Shown in pieces: positions 11,377-22,738 of a stretch of 42,488 bases of DNA. The translations under genes were made by a program, and so were the position numbers. The notes under the pieces were generated by a model, which was given only the letters and a program-made list of their open reading frames with translations, was not told the origin of the DNA and made no database searches. How positions within the stretch are numbered: position 1 is the first letter of the stretch; the number at the start of each line of letters is the position of its first letter. The DNA is from Octopus bimaculoides. Its lineage: Eukaryota. The DNA is taken from assembly GCF_001194135.2 (NCBI RefSeq), contig NC_069004.1:12704917-12747404 (forward strand), in the 5' to 3' direction.

Positions 11377-11558
11377 AAGTTGTCATTATCCACAAATGTA
11401 AAGACTTTTGCAAAATTTTTGTATTTCTACAAGAAACATTTACTCGTAGTAGATTTTTAGATGAGAATATACACAGAATACATACCAAAGTTTGTAGCTC
11501 TTAAAAATAAAATAGAAAAAAAAAAAAACTCACAAACATAATCTTCCAGCTTGAGTGT

Positions 11559-11757
11559 TACTCTTTACTCTTTTACTTGTTTCAGTCATGTGACTGTGGT
11601 CATGCTGGAGCACCGCCTTCTTAGTCGAGCTAATCGATCCCAGGACTTATTCTTTGTAAGCCTAGTACTTATTCTATCGGTCTCTTTTGCTGAACCGCTA
11701 AGTTACGGGGACATAAACACACCAGCATCGGTTGTCAAGCGATGTTGGGGGGGGCAA

Positions 11758-11802
<45 letters not shown>

Positions 11803-11964
11803 ACGGGTTTCTTTCAGTTTCCATCTGCTAAATCCACTCACAAGGCTTTGGTCGGCCCGAGGCTATAGTAGAAGACACTTGCCCAAGGTGCCACGCAGTG
11901 GGACTGAACCCAGAACCATGTGGATCGTAAGCATGCTACTTACCAGACAGCTACTCCTATGCCT
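11559..11964 (-). mobile_element. Near full-length SINE family A with (GAGTAAAA)n tail and internal (TA)/(TG) microsatellite
   Basis: Head, CORE-like gcaccttgggcaagtgtcttctac, 3' body and tail are all present and collinear with 22739-23426. Confidence 0.92.
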
Positions 11965-12182
11965 ATCTTCATATAAATTATTCTAAAAGCAAGCATGGAT
12001 ATTAGAAAATCTTTAATAGAAACTCCATTAAACTTATTTTCTATTGTTGTAAACATTTTGGCAGCTCTATATATTCAGTTAAAACAAAATAGCTGTTAAA
12101 TAATAGTTATATCATAACCAAGACTTGGTGTAATTGGAGGAGTATTTCAGCTTCTAAAGGCAAATTCCCTGCAGTTACTGAT

Positions 12183-12635
12183 GGAGAAAAATATTCTCTC
12201 TTATGGTAATTAGGTGTACATGGTGACTGTAGTGAATCTGTTTTTAAGGAGTTGAAATATGTTACAAACATATTTTAACTAACTTAAAATTCACGTCTGT
12301 CAAAACATTGATTGGTACTGGTACAGCTGAATTCCTCCCAAACCAGGCAGTCCTACAGTGCTACTCAGTCAATGTTGTTGACTGTATTTTAGTTAGTTAT
12401 GGATTTAAATTTACCCAGAGTTACCTCTCTTCAGTATTTCTCACTGAGGAAGGCTGAAGAGCCAGAAACACTGCATCTAGGAATCCGACAGAGGACAACA
12501 CCAGGCAGATATGGTGTTTCTACACCTTTTACCATAAGAGGGAATATATTTCTCCCTGGTAGCTGCCATGAATTTGCTTTTGGAAGTTGAAATATGTCAT
12601 AAACACATTTTAACTAACCTAAAATTCACCTCTGT
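12183..12635 (+). repeat. Diverged direct repeat, about 100-120 bp (12183-12300 and 12538-12635)
   Basis: agttgaaatatgttacaaacatattttaactaacttaaaattcacgtctgt vs agttgaaatatgtcataaacacattttaactaacctaaaattcacctctgt. Confidence 0.8.
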
Positions 12636-12643
12636 GTGTGTGT

Positions 12644-12676
<33 letters not shown>

Positions 12677-12742
12677 AATAATAGAGGATAATTTTTTTTA
12701 CATTTTATCAGTGGCCAGCATATAAAAAACAGACCGATTAAG

Positions 12743-12779
<37 letters not shown>

Positions 12780-12957
12780 CAAGAGAGTTAGGGGTTGAGG
12801 ATTCAACCCACTAAGGGATAGTATCTATCCAATATACTGCTGGGAGGGTACCCAATTATTGTTACACTAGTGTTATACCAGGTGTAATAAGTGGGTGCGA
12901 GTCGTTGGGTACAGCATATTATCCTCCATTTTCTAATTGCTATATATATATATGTAA

Positions 12958-13170
12958 GAAGTCCTGAAAAATTGCAATCTGTCGACCAACTACATTTTCA
13001 ATCCTGTGGCGTTCGAAATGTTTGGTAGGGTCGGACCACTATCAGCGAGATACCTGTCTTCACTGGCAACTCGCCTTGCAGAGGTAACTAGTGAAGTTCA
13101 TGTGGGCGCTTGGCTGTTCCTGCTCATCAGCCTCGCCATCACCCACAGCAACGTTGCAAGCGTGCCTCTT
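12958..13170 (+). mobile_element. Relic C-terminus (restriction-like endonuclease region) of a CRE-clade non-LTR retrotransposon
   Basis: Reads NLSTNYIFNPVAFEMFGRVGPLSARYLSSLATRLAEVTSEVHVGAWLFLLISLAITHSNVASV. This resembles the RLE C-terminal pattern Y.F.P.A.ET.G..GP.A..FL..LG.RL...TGE.R...FLFQR.S.AIQRGNAASV. Confidence 0.7.
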
Positions 13171-14478
13171 AAATATTTCTTTTACTCACGCACAGTAAGT
13201 ACTTCGATAAGTACCATGATAAGACGTAAAACAATAACAATAGCGTGGATAGTCTGCGGAAGTTTAATTGTCTACATGGAGCGCCGCCTAGCCAAGGGAG
13301 ATAACCTACTTATAGGAAAGCCCTATAGCCACTAGAGACGTTTCCCAGCACCCCCAACTTTTCAACCCAAGGTGGTGANNNNNNNNNNNNNNNNNNNNNN
13401 NNNNNNNNNNNNNNNNNNNNNNNNNNNNNNNNNNNNNNNNNNNNNNNNNNNNNNNNNNNNNNNNNNNNNNNNNNNNNNNNNNNNNNNNNNNNNNNNNNNN
13501 NNNNNNNNNNNNNNNNNNNNNNNNNNNNNNNNNNNNNNNNNNNNNNNNNNNNNNNNNNNNNNNNNNNNNNNNNNNNNNNNNNNNNNNNNNNNNNNNNNNN
13601 NNNNNNNNNNNNNNNNNNNNNNNNNNNNNNNNNNNNNNNNNNNTTTTCTTCGTTTTATTTGCTTTTTTCTTTTTAAATTTGCTGTTTTACCCTAACCCTA
13701 ACGTTAGCCTATAATAGAAAGGTTTATTAGCTACTGCCAATATGCTTCAGCCATTTTTTGACAAGGAAATAATAATTTTATCACCGATAGAATTGTTTCA
13801 GAATCGTTTGTTTATGTAGTCGGCATTTAATGTATATCGGCTGAATGGACGTCAGTGATTGGTTGAAATTACAGAAATACGACAACTTTAACATGGAATA
13901 ACTTAGGGATTTCTTTTTTTTTTAAAGAAGACTAAGAGAAAAAGATGTTTTATATGACACATTCTACCAGTGTTCCAAGTTTCAAAGTGTTTCGTTAAGA
14001 AAATACTGTGGCCCCCCGTTTTAAAATAGATCCATGGTAAACTATAAAGGCAATAAAATTCTCAAATTTAAAGATCTAATATAGGTAGAATCAACAATAA
14101 AAGACTCCATCCAGTGAGAGATACATATCAAATTAAATACACAACTGAAAAAACTACTAATAGTTCCATCTTATTATGATACATATTTATAAAATATGCC
14201 ATGTATCTTAAAGCAAACTTTAAGGCCCCGTTTCTACGTTACGCATAAACACACACACACTAACACGAATACTGGATTTGCGTTAATTCATGCATATATT
14301 TACAATTATCTACTTGCATGTGCATGTGTGTGTGTTTTTATGTGTCATTAAATGCTAAGGTCAGAATTTATAGAAAAGCAAAAATGCATGAAACAATTGG
14401 AAAGTTCATTGAATATTTCTGAAAGAGAACATTGTGTGTGAACACTTGTTGAGTGGTTGGATGGCTGTACTGGTTTAC

Positions 14479-14512
14479 TTCAAAGCCGAGGTCCTTTGTT
14501 TTCTCGATGCAC
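14479..14512 (-). other. Candidate 34-nt exon (MAPKAPK2 5' exon or RBM15 alternative last exon)
   Basis: Long pyrimidine tract ending tttccctctctcgtaccag|, with a possible donor GAA|gtaaac. There is no homology support. Confidence 0.3.
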
Positions 14513-14573
14513 CTGGTACGAGAGAGGGAAAGGCAAATGTAGCGAGGAAGAAATAAAGTTTGAAAAGGCTTTC

Positions 14574-14593
14574 GTGGTGGTGGTGGTGGTGGT
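14574..14593. repeat. (GGT)n microsatellite inside a purine-rich tract (14520-14750)
   Basis: Direct reading. Confidence 0.85.
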
Positions 14594-15360
14594 AGTGCGA
14601 GTCGAGGAGTAGTTGGAGGAGGGGAAAAAGAAAAAAGCCAGGGATTAAAAGAAGACAAAAGAATACACAGAACAAAAACTTAAAGGAAGAAGAAAACGAA
14701 AATAAATGAAAGGAAGGAAAAAAAGTGGGAAGAAGATACAAAAGAAAAGAAGTCGTGAATAACGAATTTGTTATTGTCATTGCAATTTTTAGTGTTGTAT
14801 GACAGTTTCAAACTCGCTGCTTGGATTTAAAAATCCAGCAACGACTGAAAGATATGAAATTCATGTTGACATTGTTAACGAGAAGCAGACGTCTAAAACT
14901 CAAGTTTTTTTTTTTTTTTCCTTTTAGAAACAGGTTTCCTAATTTGCAGGAAGACTCGGTCATAAGATACTGAGTTTTATGTATAGGATTTCGCATTATG
15001 ATATATTGTTGTTTCTTAACCCCAGATTAGCACTGATTAAGAATAAAAGACGTTCCAACTTTGACCAGTCCCTAAATACAGTGCACTCATCGCTATATAT
15101 TATCAAATATCAGTCATTCTTTTGTAAGACGGAAGGCTATATTCAAAGGAGATTTTGTTGCTATTTCTAGAATATTATGTGCAAGGGAGGGAGAAGCTGA
15201 AGACTTACTTTTCTTCAAAAGATCTTCATTATCTTAGTTTTTTAATTAAANNNNNNNNNNAGTCACCCCTACATTCTTAAATAAGGAAATGACTCATTGG
15301 TAAATGGAGTCTTAGGTACCCCTAAAAAAATAAAATGGTCACAGTTGGAATGGCTTTGAT

Positions 15361-16108
15361 CACCGAGGCAATGACTTCTGACCGAGACCTTTGGAAATAT
15401 GTTGTGCATGAGAAGACCCGGCAAGCCAAGTGAGACCATAATCCAAAGCCTCTGCCAGGGGTGTAGCCAACCCACTTATGCGTACCTTTCCTTCATTGGA
15501 CACTAACCTCCACTTGCAAAGACCTGTTGAGGCAAGTGGAATAGAACTAAATTCGACGACTGGCACCCATGCTAATGTCTCCTTCATTGGACACTAAACT
15601 CGGCTTGCAAAGACCTGTTGGGGCAAGTGAAAGCAAAATCGTGATGGTACCTGTACCAGTGGAGCGCTAAAGCACCATCTGAGCGTGATCATTGCCAGAG
15701 CAGCTGTCTGGCTTCCGTGCCAGTGGCACATAAATAGCACCATTTGAGCATGATTGTTACCAGCATCACCTCCCCGGTACTTGTGTCGGTGGCACATGAA
15801 AAGACATTCAAGCGACATCGTTGCCAGTGCCGCTGGACTGGCACCTGTGCAGGTGGCATGTAAAATACACCATTTTGAGCATGGTCGTTGCCAGTACTGC
15901 CTGACTGGCTTTCGTGCCGGTGGCACGTAAAAAGCACCCACTACACTCTCTGAGTGGTTGGCGTTAGGAAGGGCATCCAGCTGTAGAAACTCTGCCAAAT
16001 CAGATTGGAGCCTGGTGTAGCCTTCTGCCTCACCAGTCCTCAGTCAAATCGTCCAACCCATGCTAGCATGGAAAGTGGACGTTAAACGATGATGATGATG
16101 ATGATGAT
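15361..16108 (+). mobile_element. 5'-truncated RTE-like LINE (family C): ORF2 C-terminus, 3' UTR with minisatellite, (GAT)n tail
   Basis: Reads TEAMTSDRDLWKYVVHEKTRQAK*, with TGA at 15431. Then an ~85-bp duplication, four ~65-bp units, the terminal palindrome CCATGCTAGCATGG and (gat)n. Confidence 0.8.
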
Positions 16109-16178
16109 CACCACTTCTCAAATCATTGCAGAGTACATATATATATATTTACATATAAACACATACACACGTATCTTC

Positions 16179-16370
16179 ACCCCCCACCCGCTTGACAAAC
16201 GGTGATGTTGGTTTGTTTACAACCTTCTAAATTAATGCATCAATAAACGAGACCGAGACAATAAGTACCAAGGTTAAGAAAAATTACATTCTGATGATAA
16301 CCTGTTTGACTAAACCCATCAAGGTAGTGCTCCAGCATGGTCACAGTCCAATGACTGAAACAAGTAAACG
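16179..16370 (+). mobile_element. SINE family A, 3' half
   Basis: cgcttgacaaacggtgatgttgg..aataagtaccaagg..gtgctccagcatggtcacagtccaatgactgaaacaagtaaa. Confidence 0.8.
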
Positions 16371-16522
16371 GCAAAAGGTTTGTGTTTGTGTATGTGCGCG
16401 TTGCACCCTATTGAGAACATCATGTAATGACTGTAAACAAGTGGTACCCTCCATTTCCAACCTTTTGGGAAAACATGTCTAGCCAATGAATAATACAACC
16501 TTATTTGGAAACACATGAAGAT

Positions 16523-16610
16523 TAGCAACAGGAATGGCATCCAGCTGTAGGACATCTGCCACACCAAATTCCAACGAGCCCATGCAAGCACAGAAATATG
16601 GACATTAAAA
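16523..16610 (+). mobile_element. Old family C 3' fragment
   Basis: ggaatggcatccagctgtag..cccatgcaagcacagaaatatggacattaaa. Confidence 0.6.
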
Positions 16611-16678
16611 CAACCATGGTGACATATCTCTCTCCCTGTTTATATATATTCTGTAAAAAAAATTATTATAAGCTTTAA

Positions 16679-16896
16679 CCCTTTCATTACCAACCCAGCT
16701 GAAACCAGCTCTGGCTCTGAGTACAAATGTCTTGTTTTTATAAGTTTTGAATTAAAATCTTCCACCAAACCTTATTCATAATTTATGTTCCTAACACTAA
16801 CTAAATGATAACTGTTATTTTACTAAATTCTTTGTTATATTTAAAGTAATTCAAAGAAACACAGAGCATCTCAAAGTAAATATGGTAACGAAAGGG
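16679..16896. mobile_element. piggyBac-type MITE
   Basis: TTAA on both sides (16675-78 and 16897-900); TIR CCCTTTCATTACCA / TGGTAACGAAAGGG, 13 of 14 matching. Confidence 0.85.
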
Positions 16897-17107
16897 TTAA
16901 GCTTATAAGTGTTCACTGTATATTGATTACAGAAAATAGTTTAATATTGGGGTATATAAGTTCTCCATGGAAAAAAAAAGTGGGTATTAGTATGTGTGGA
17001 AATTGAACCCGCATCTTTTATCATGAAAATAAGAAATGTGGGTTCAATTCCCATGTATACGATAATATCCAATTTTTGGTGGAATTCTGTTTTACTCGTA
17101 GCATATA

Positions 17108-17443
17108 CTCCATAACTTTTCTATTTTTGAAATTTTCAGGAAATTTTGGGGAATTTGTGTTTTACATTTAAGAGGTATTTAACTGTTAATTTTAGCATGA
17201 CACTCTGATGTATTGATGTTTTCCAATATTTTTCTCCCCATAAACACTTTTAATGGTCCAATGTTGAGATTTAAGCCAAAAATTTAGACTGTCTGTAATT
17301 CAAACTGAGATTTAAAAAAGAATTTCAAAAAATCAAAAACAAAATGTTTCTAAATTTTGAAAAATAGTCGTATGATATCCTGTGTTGAATACAAATAGAT
17401 AAAAATTTTCTGAAAATTCCAAACGATGAAAAAGTTATGAGGG
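17108..17443. mobile_element. Second copy of the cataacttt..aaagttatg MITE
   Basis: Shares TIRs and internal blocks (cactctgatgtattgatgttttccaata; gatttaagc.aaaaatt..gactgtctgta) with 5556-6032. Confidence 0.7.
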
Positions 17444-17806
17444 NNNNNNNNNNNNNNNNNNNNNNNNNNNNNNNNNNNNNNNNNNNNNNNNNNNNNNNNN
17501 NNNNNNNNNNNNNNNNNNNNNNNNNNNNNNNNNNNNNNNNNNNNNNNNNNNNNNNNNNNNNNNNNNNNNNNNNNNNNNNNNNNNNNNNNNNNNNNNNNNN
17601 NNNNNNNNNNNNNNNNNNNNNNNNNNNNNNNNNNNNNNNNNNNNNNNNNNNNNNNNNNNNNNNNNNNNNNNNNNNNNNNNNNNNNNNNNNNNNNNNNNNN
17701 NNNNNNNNNNNNNNNNNNNNNNNNNNNNNNNNNNNNNNNNNNNNNNNNNNNNNNNNNNNNNNNNNNNNNNNNNNNNNNNNNNNNNNNNNNNNNNNNNNNN
17801 NNNNNN

Positions 17807-17852
<46 letters not shown>

Positions 17853-18300
17853 CATATACTTCATAATGTAGATTATATATTTTTATACATTACACAATAT
17901 ATATTGCATAATATAGCATACAATAAAATAATTATTGTGTAATATCAAATATTACATAATATAGCATGCAATAAAATAATTATTGCATGATATATTATAT
18001 TACATCTACCTACATATAATACTGTATTATACATCATGTATATAATATTATGTAATATTAGACAGGCTGTTCTTACCTTGCTAGGGAGCATGAGTGTATT
18101 GACATCGAGAAAGGATCTGGCTATAGAAAACTCTACCCCAATGTAGTTTTGGTTGATCCATGCAAACATGGAAAAATAGACATTAAAATAATAATACATA
18201 CACACACTTATGTATATAAATATATATATTAATCTATCCACATACATATATATATCAATTTATTCACATTAAATAAAAAAAAAAATCAACTTATCTACAT

Positions 18301-18331
<31 letters not shown>

Positions 18332-18384
18332 TTACTATTTCTAAATCTCTGAATGAGAGACATACAATAACAGTACTCTAGAGT

Positions 18385-18600
18385 AAAGATTATATGCCAA
18401 CATAATGTGGCTGTCCTGGTTAGGACGATTGTTACTGTTATTCAGCCCCAGGAAACATCATCTCCAGCTGGCTATACGACACACTATCAGCATCCTGATG
18501 CAGATACTGTGTCGTATAGCCAGCTGGAGATGATGTTTCCTGGGGCTGAATAACAGTAAGAATCATCTCAACTAGGACTGCCACATTATATTGGCAAATA

Positions 18601-18606
<6 letters not shown>
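18385..18606. repeat. 222-bp near-perfect palindrome (fold-back or MITE-like)
   Basis: 18432-18483 is the exact reverse complement of 18508-18559 (52 bp). Pairing continues imperfectly inward to a 2-nt loop and outward to 18385/18606. Confidence 0.95.
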
Positions 18607-18643
<37 letters not shown>

Positions 18644-18710
18644 GCATACACATACATTTCCCTTTTCCCCTTGTGTACGTAATTATAATTACAATTATTA
18701 TTATTATTAT

Positions 18711-19350
<640 letters not shown>

Positions 19351-19354
19351 TATT

Positions 19355-19830
19355 TTGCTGCTCTTCACCCTCCCACCATCTTTTCAATATTGTCACTCAT
19401 CACTCATGTATCATTAGTCACACCTCAATCCAACCCAGTTTCTATAGTTTTCACCTACACTTCCCTCTTCCTTACCCCACTTATCATCCCTCAACACTTG
19501 TTCTTCATTATATTCACTCTCTCATCGATTCCTTATCTCTAACCATCTTTCCCTTTCTCATATACATTCTCCCAACCTCTACCAACCCAAACATCCTGTT
19601 TTCCTGATCCCCCCCCCCCCGCTTATTTCTTGTATGCTGAGAGTCACCAACACCTCATCACCACCATCCCCATCTCTTTTCAGTCCAATCCCAACCATTG
19701 CCACCCTCTCTTCAACAATGTAACTCACAGTCAGGCCCCCTTACTGCAAGAAACCAGTTTTTCACTTTAACCCCTTACTTCACAGCACAAAGCTGCATCC
19801 CACTTCACCATAGCCCCACTCAGTTGAAAG
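19355..19830. repeat. C/T-rich, G-poor degenerate tract, probably an old retroelement remnant
   Basis: Strong strand asymmetry only; no peptide recognised. Confidence 0.3.
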
Positions 19831-20061
19831 GGATCTTAGTTTTGCAGGCTCCAAGGGTAACCTCATTAATGTTGATGGCAAGAAAAAAGCACCCAATAAA
19901 TTGTGGAAGAGTATCAAATCATAGAAAGTAACCCAAAGAAGAGCACAATGCAGTCCTTGGACCTGATGCATTCTGTCGGAATATACAACCCATATCTAAA
20001 TGGAACACTGATGTTAGAAGATGATGATACATATCTGAACCCATACATATAACTCTCTCTT

Positions 20062-20115
<54 letters not shown>

Positions 20116-20672
20116 NNNNNNNNNNNNNNNNNNNNNNNNNNNNNNNNNNNNNNNNNNNNNNNNNNNNNNNNNNNNNNNNNNNNNNNNNNNNNNNNNNNNN
20201 NNNNNNNNNNNNNNNNNNNNNNNNNNNNNNNNNNNNNNNNNNNNNNNNNNNNNNNNNNNNNNNNNNNNNNNNNNNNNNNNNNNNNNNNNNNNNNNNNNNN
20301 NNNNNNNNNNNNNNNNNNNNNNNNNNNNNNNNNNNNNNNNNNNNNNNNNNNNNNNNNNNNNNNNNNNNNNNNNNNNNNNNNNNNNNNNNNNNNNNNNNNN
20401 NNNNNNNNNNNNNNNNNNNNNNNNNNNNNNNNNNNNNNNNNNNNNNNNNNNNNNNNNNNNNNNNNNNNNNNNNNNNNNNNNNNNNNNNNNNNNNNNNNNN
20501 NNNNNNNNNNNNNNNNNNNNNNNNNNNNNNNNNNNNNNNNNNNNNNNNNNNNNNNNNNNNNNNNNNNNNNNNNNNCATACATATATATGCATACACGTTT
20601 GTGTGTGTATATATATATATATATGATTGATAGATATAGATTCTATATACACTTATTTATGAACACATTCAT

Positions 20673-20703
<31 letters not shown>

Positions 20704-20788
20704 GCATGGAAAACAGATGTTAAATGAGGATGTATACACACCAATACTAAGCCATACACTTCCACATAAACATATACATACATGTTTG

Positions 20789-20830
<42 letters not shown>

Positions 20831-21252
20831 CATGTTTGTATGTATATATATATATAGGGTTGGTGCATAATTATTGCGGCTTTTTTTTCCACAAAAACAT
20901 CTTTAAATAATTATTCTGGAGCATATTCCTCATCTACTTCAATTACTGTTTCCCATTTGCTTAGCAGACGGTCAGACCGTCATTTAAAGATGTTTTTTGT
21001 TGAAAAAAGCTGCAATAATTATGCACCAAGCCAATAGATAGATATACATAAATGTCTATATACACTTACTAATGCACACATACATACATATAGCATGGAA
21101 AACACGTTAAATGATGGTATGTACATACACACCCATACCATATGTATACAACCCTATGAAGTACCTATCCAAACATGTCAAACTTAGCTGCTTCTCTGTA
21201 GATTGAAAATATTATCAACACCCTCAATATAAACATTTATACATACACACTT

Positions 21253-21737
21253 ATCATCATCATCATCGTTTAACGTCCGCTTTCCATGCTAGCATGGGTT
21301 GGACGATTTGACTGAGGACTGGTGAAACCGGATGGCAACACCAGGCTCCAGTCTGATTTGGCAGAGCTTCTACAGCTGGATGCCCTTCCTAACGCCAACC
21401 ACTCAGAGAGTGTAGTGGGTGCTTTTACGCGTCACCCGCACGAAAACGGCCACGCTCGAAATGGTGTCTTTTATGTGCCACCCGCACAAGCCAGTCCAGG
21501 GGCACTGGCAACGATCTCGCTCGAAAATCCTACAGGAGCCAGTCAGGCGGTACTGGCAATGGTCACGCTCAAAATGGTGCATCTCATGTGCCACCCGCAC
21601 AAGAACCAGTCCAGGGGCACTGGCAACGATCTTACTTGGCTTGCCGGGTCTTCTCACGCACAGCACATTTCCAAAGGTCTCGGCCAGTAGTCATCGCCTC
21701 GGTGAGGCCCAATGTACGAAGGTCTTGCCTCACCACC
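21253..21737 (-). mobile_element. 5'-truncated RTE-like LINE (family C), young
   Basis: The minus strand at 21733-21632 reads VRQDLRTLGLTEAMTTGRDLWKCAVREKTRQAK*, an RTE-type C-terminal DL..LGL...A.DR..W motif. It is followed by the hairpin units, the terminal palindrome and the (GAT)n tail. Confidence 0.85.
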
Positions 21738-22738
21738 ATAAAATACTTGAATTGTGTTCAATGAATGAGGAACATTCAACATGTTCTAGAAAATATGGAA
21801 ATTCATTGCTTGTTTTGCAAGGAATTTCATGCCACTGCAATCTTCATGTGAGAATTGCTATAACTCAGTTTTATTGTTGTATTTACATTTGTTGGTATGG
21901 ATGTGGGGTCAGGCTTGCCTTTGTTTTATTGGTTATTGCCTTGTATTTGCTGATTGGCTATTTTTCTGGTTTGTTGATTATGTTTTCTAGTGTAATGTTT
22001 ATTTGTCAATCAGGTGACATTTTTAATTTGCTTCTTCAAACTACATTTATCTCTTAATCTAAGTTAAAGCTGCTTTTGTGTTAACTTTGTTTTATTATGT
22101 TTTTTTTTTTTTGGACAAGTGTTTTGTTTTACAAAACAAGTTAGTCCTGAATTAATTTCACAATTAAACTTACAAAATCACCTAATCTTAACCAAAACAA
22201 ACTTGACAAAAGAAACAGATTAAATAGATTTACAGATAAATCTAGAATGAATAAGCAAATTAAAAATGTGTCTCACTTCCCATCAATGAATACAAGAAAA
22301 ATGATTGCATACCACAAAACATAACCAATAAAAACGCAAGAAAGTAACAGCCAATCAGGCAAATGCAAAATACAAGTCAATGAATAAAAGCAAGCCCGAG
22401 GCCATACCTACACCAAACTGAGTTCAAACAGTTCTTGCCTGAAGATTGTAGTGGCATGGCCACTGAGTTTCAATAAATTATATATCATCACCATTGTTTT
22501 CCTGCTTGCACGGGGCAAATGGAATTCTCAGTGGCAGATTTTCAATGGTCCGATGCTCTTCTTATTGCCAACACTAATCTGTTTTCAAGCAAAGTAATAC
22601 TTCCCCATGGCTGGAGATGTTTTCACAGAAGATTGGAAACAAACGATACTGCTTGTATGATGGTGACACTTGCTTACGACTGTGTAATGTTAAGACAAAG
22701 AGACACAGACACACACACATATATTTATATACATGTGC

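Noticed and set aside
13006-13335. ORF resembling a small membrane protein
   Set aside because: Better explained as a decayed CRE-like retrotransposon C-terminus running into non-coding sequence.
13689-13702. CCCTAACCCTAAC as a telomeric target of the CRE-like relic
   Set aside because: Only two units, separated from the relic by a gap, and probably part of a different interspersed repeat (13644-14030).
15671-15940. ~65-bp tandem units as a CRISPR-like array or self-cleaving ribozymes
   Set aside because: The context is a eukaryotic LINE 3' UTR, there are no unique spacers, and I saw no hammerhead core (CUGAUGA/GAAA).
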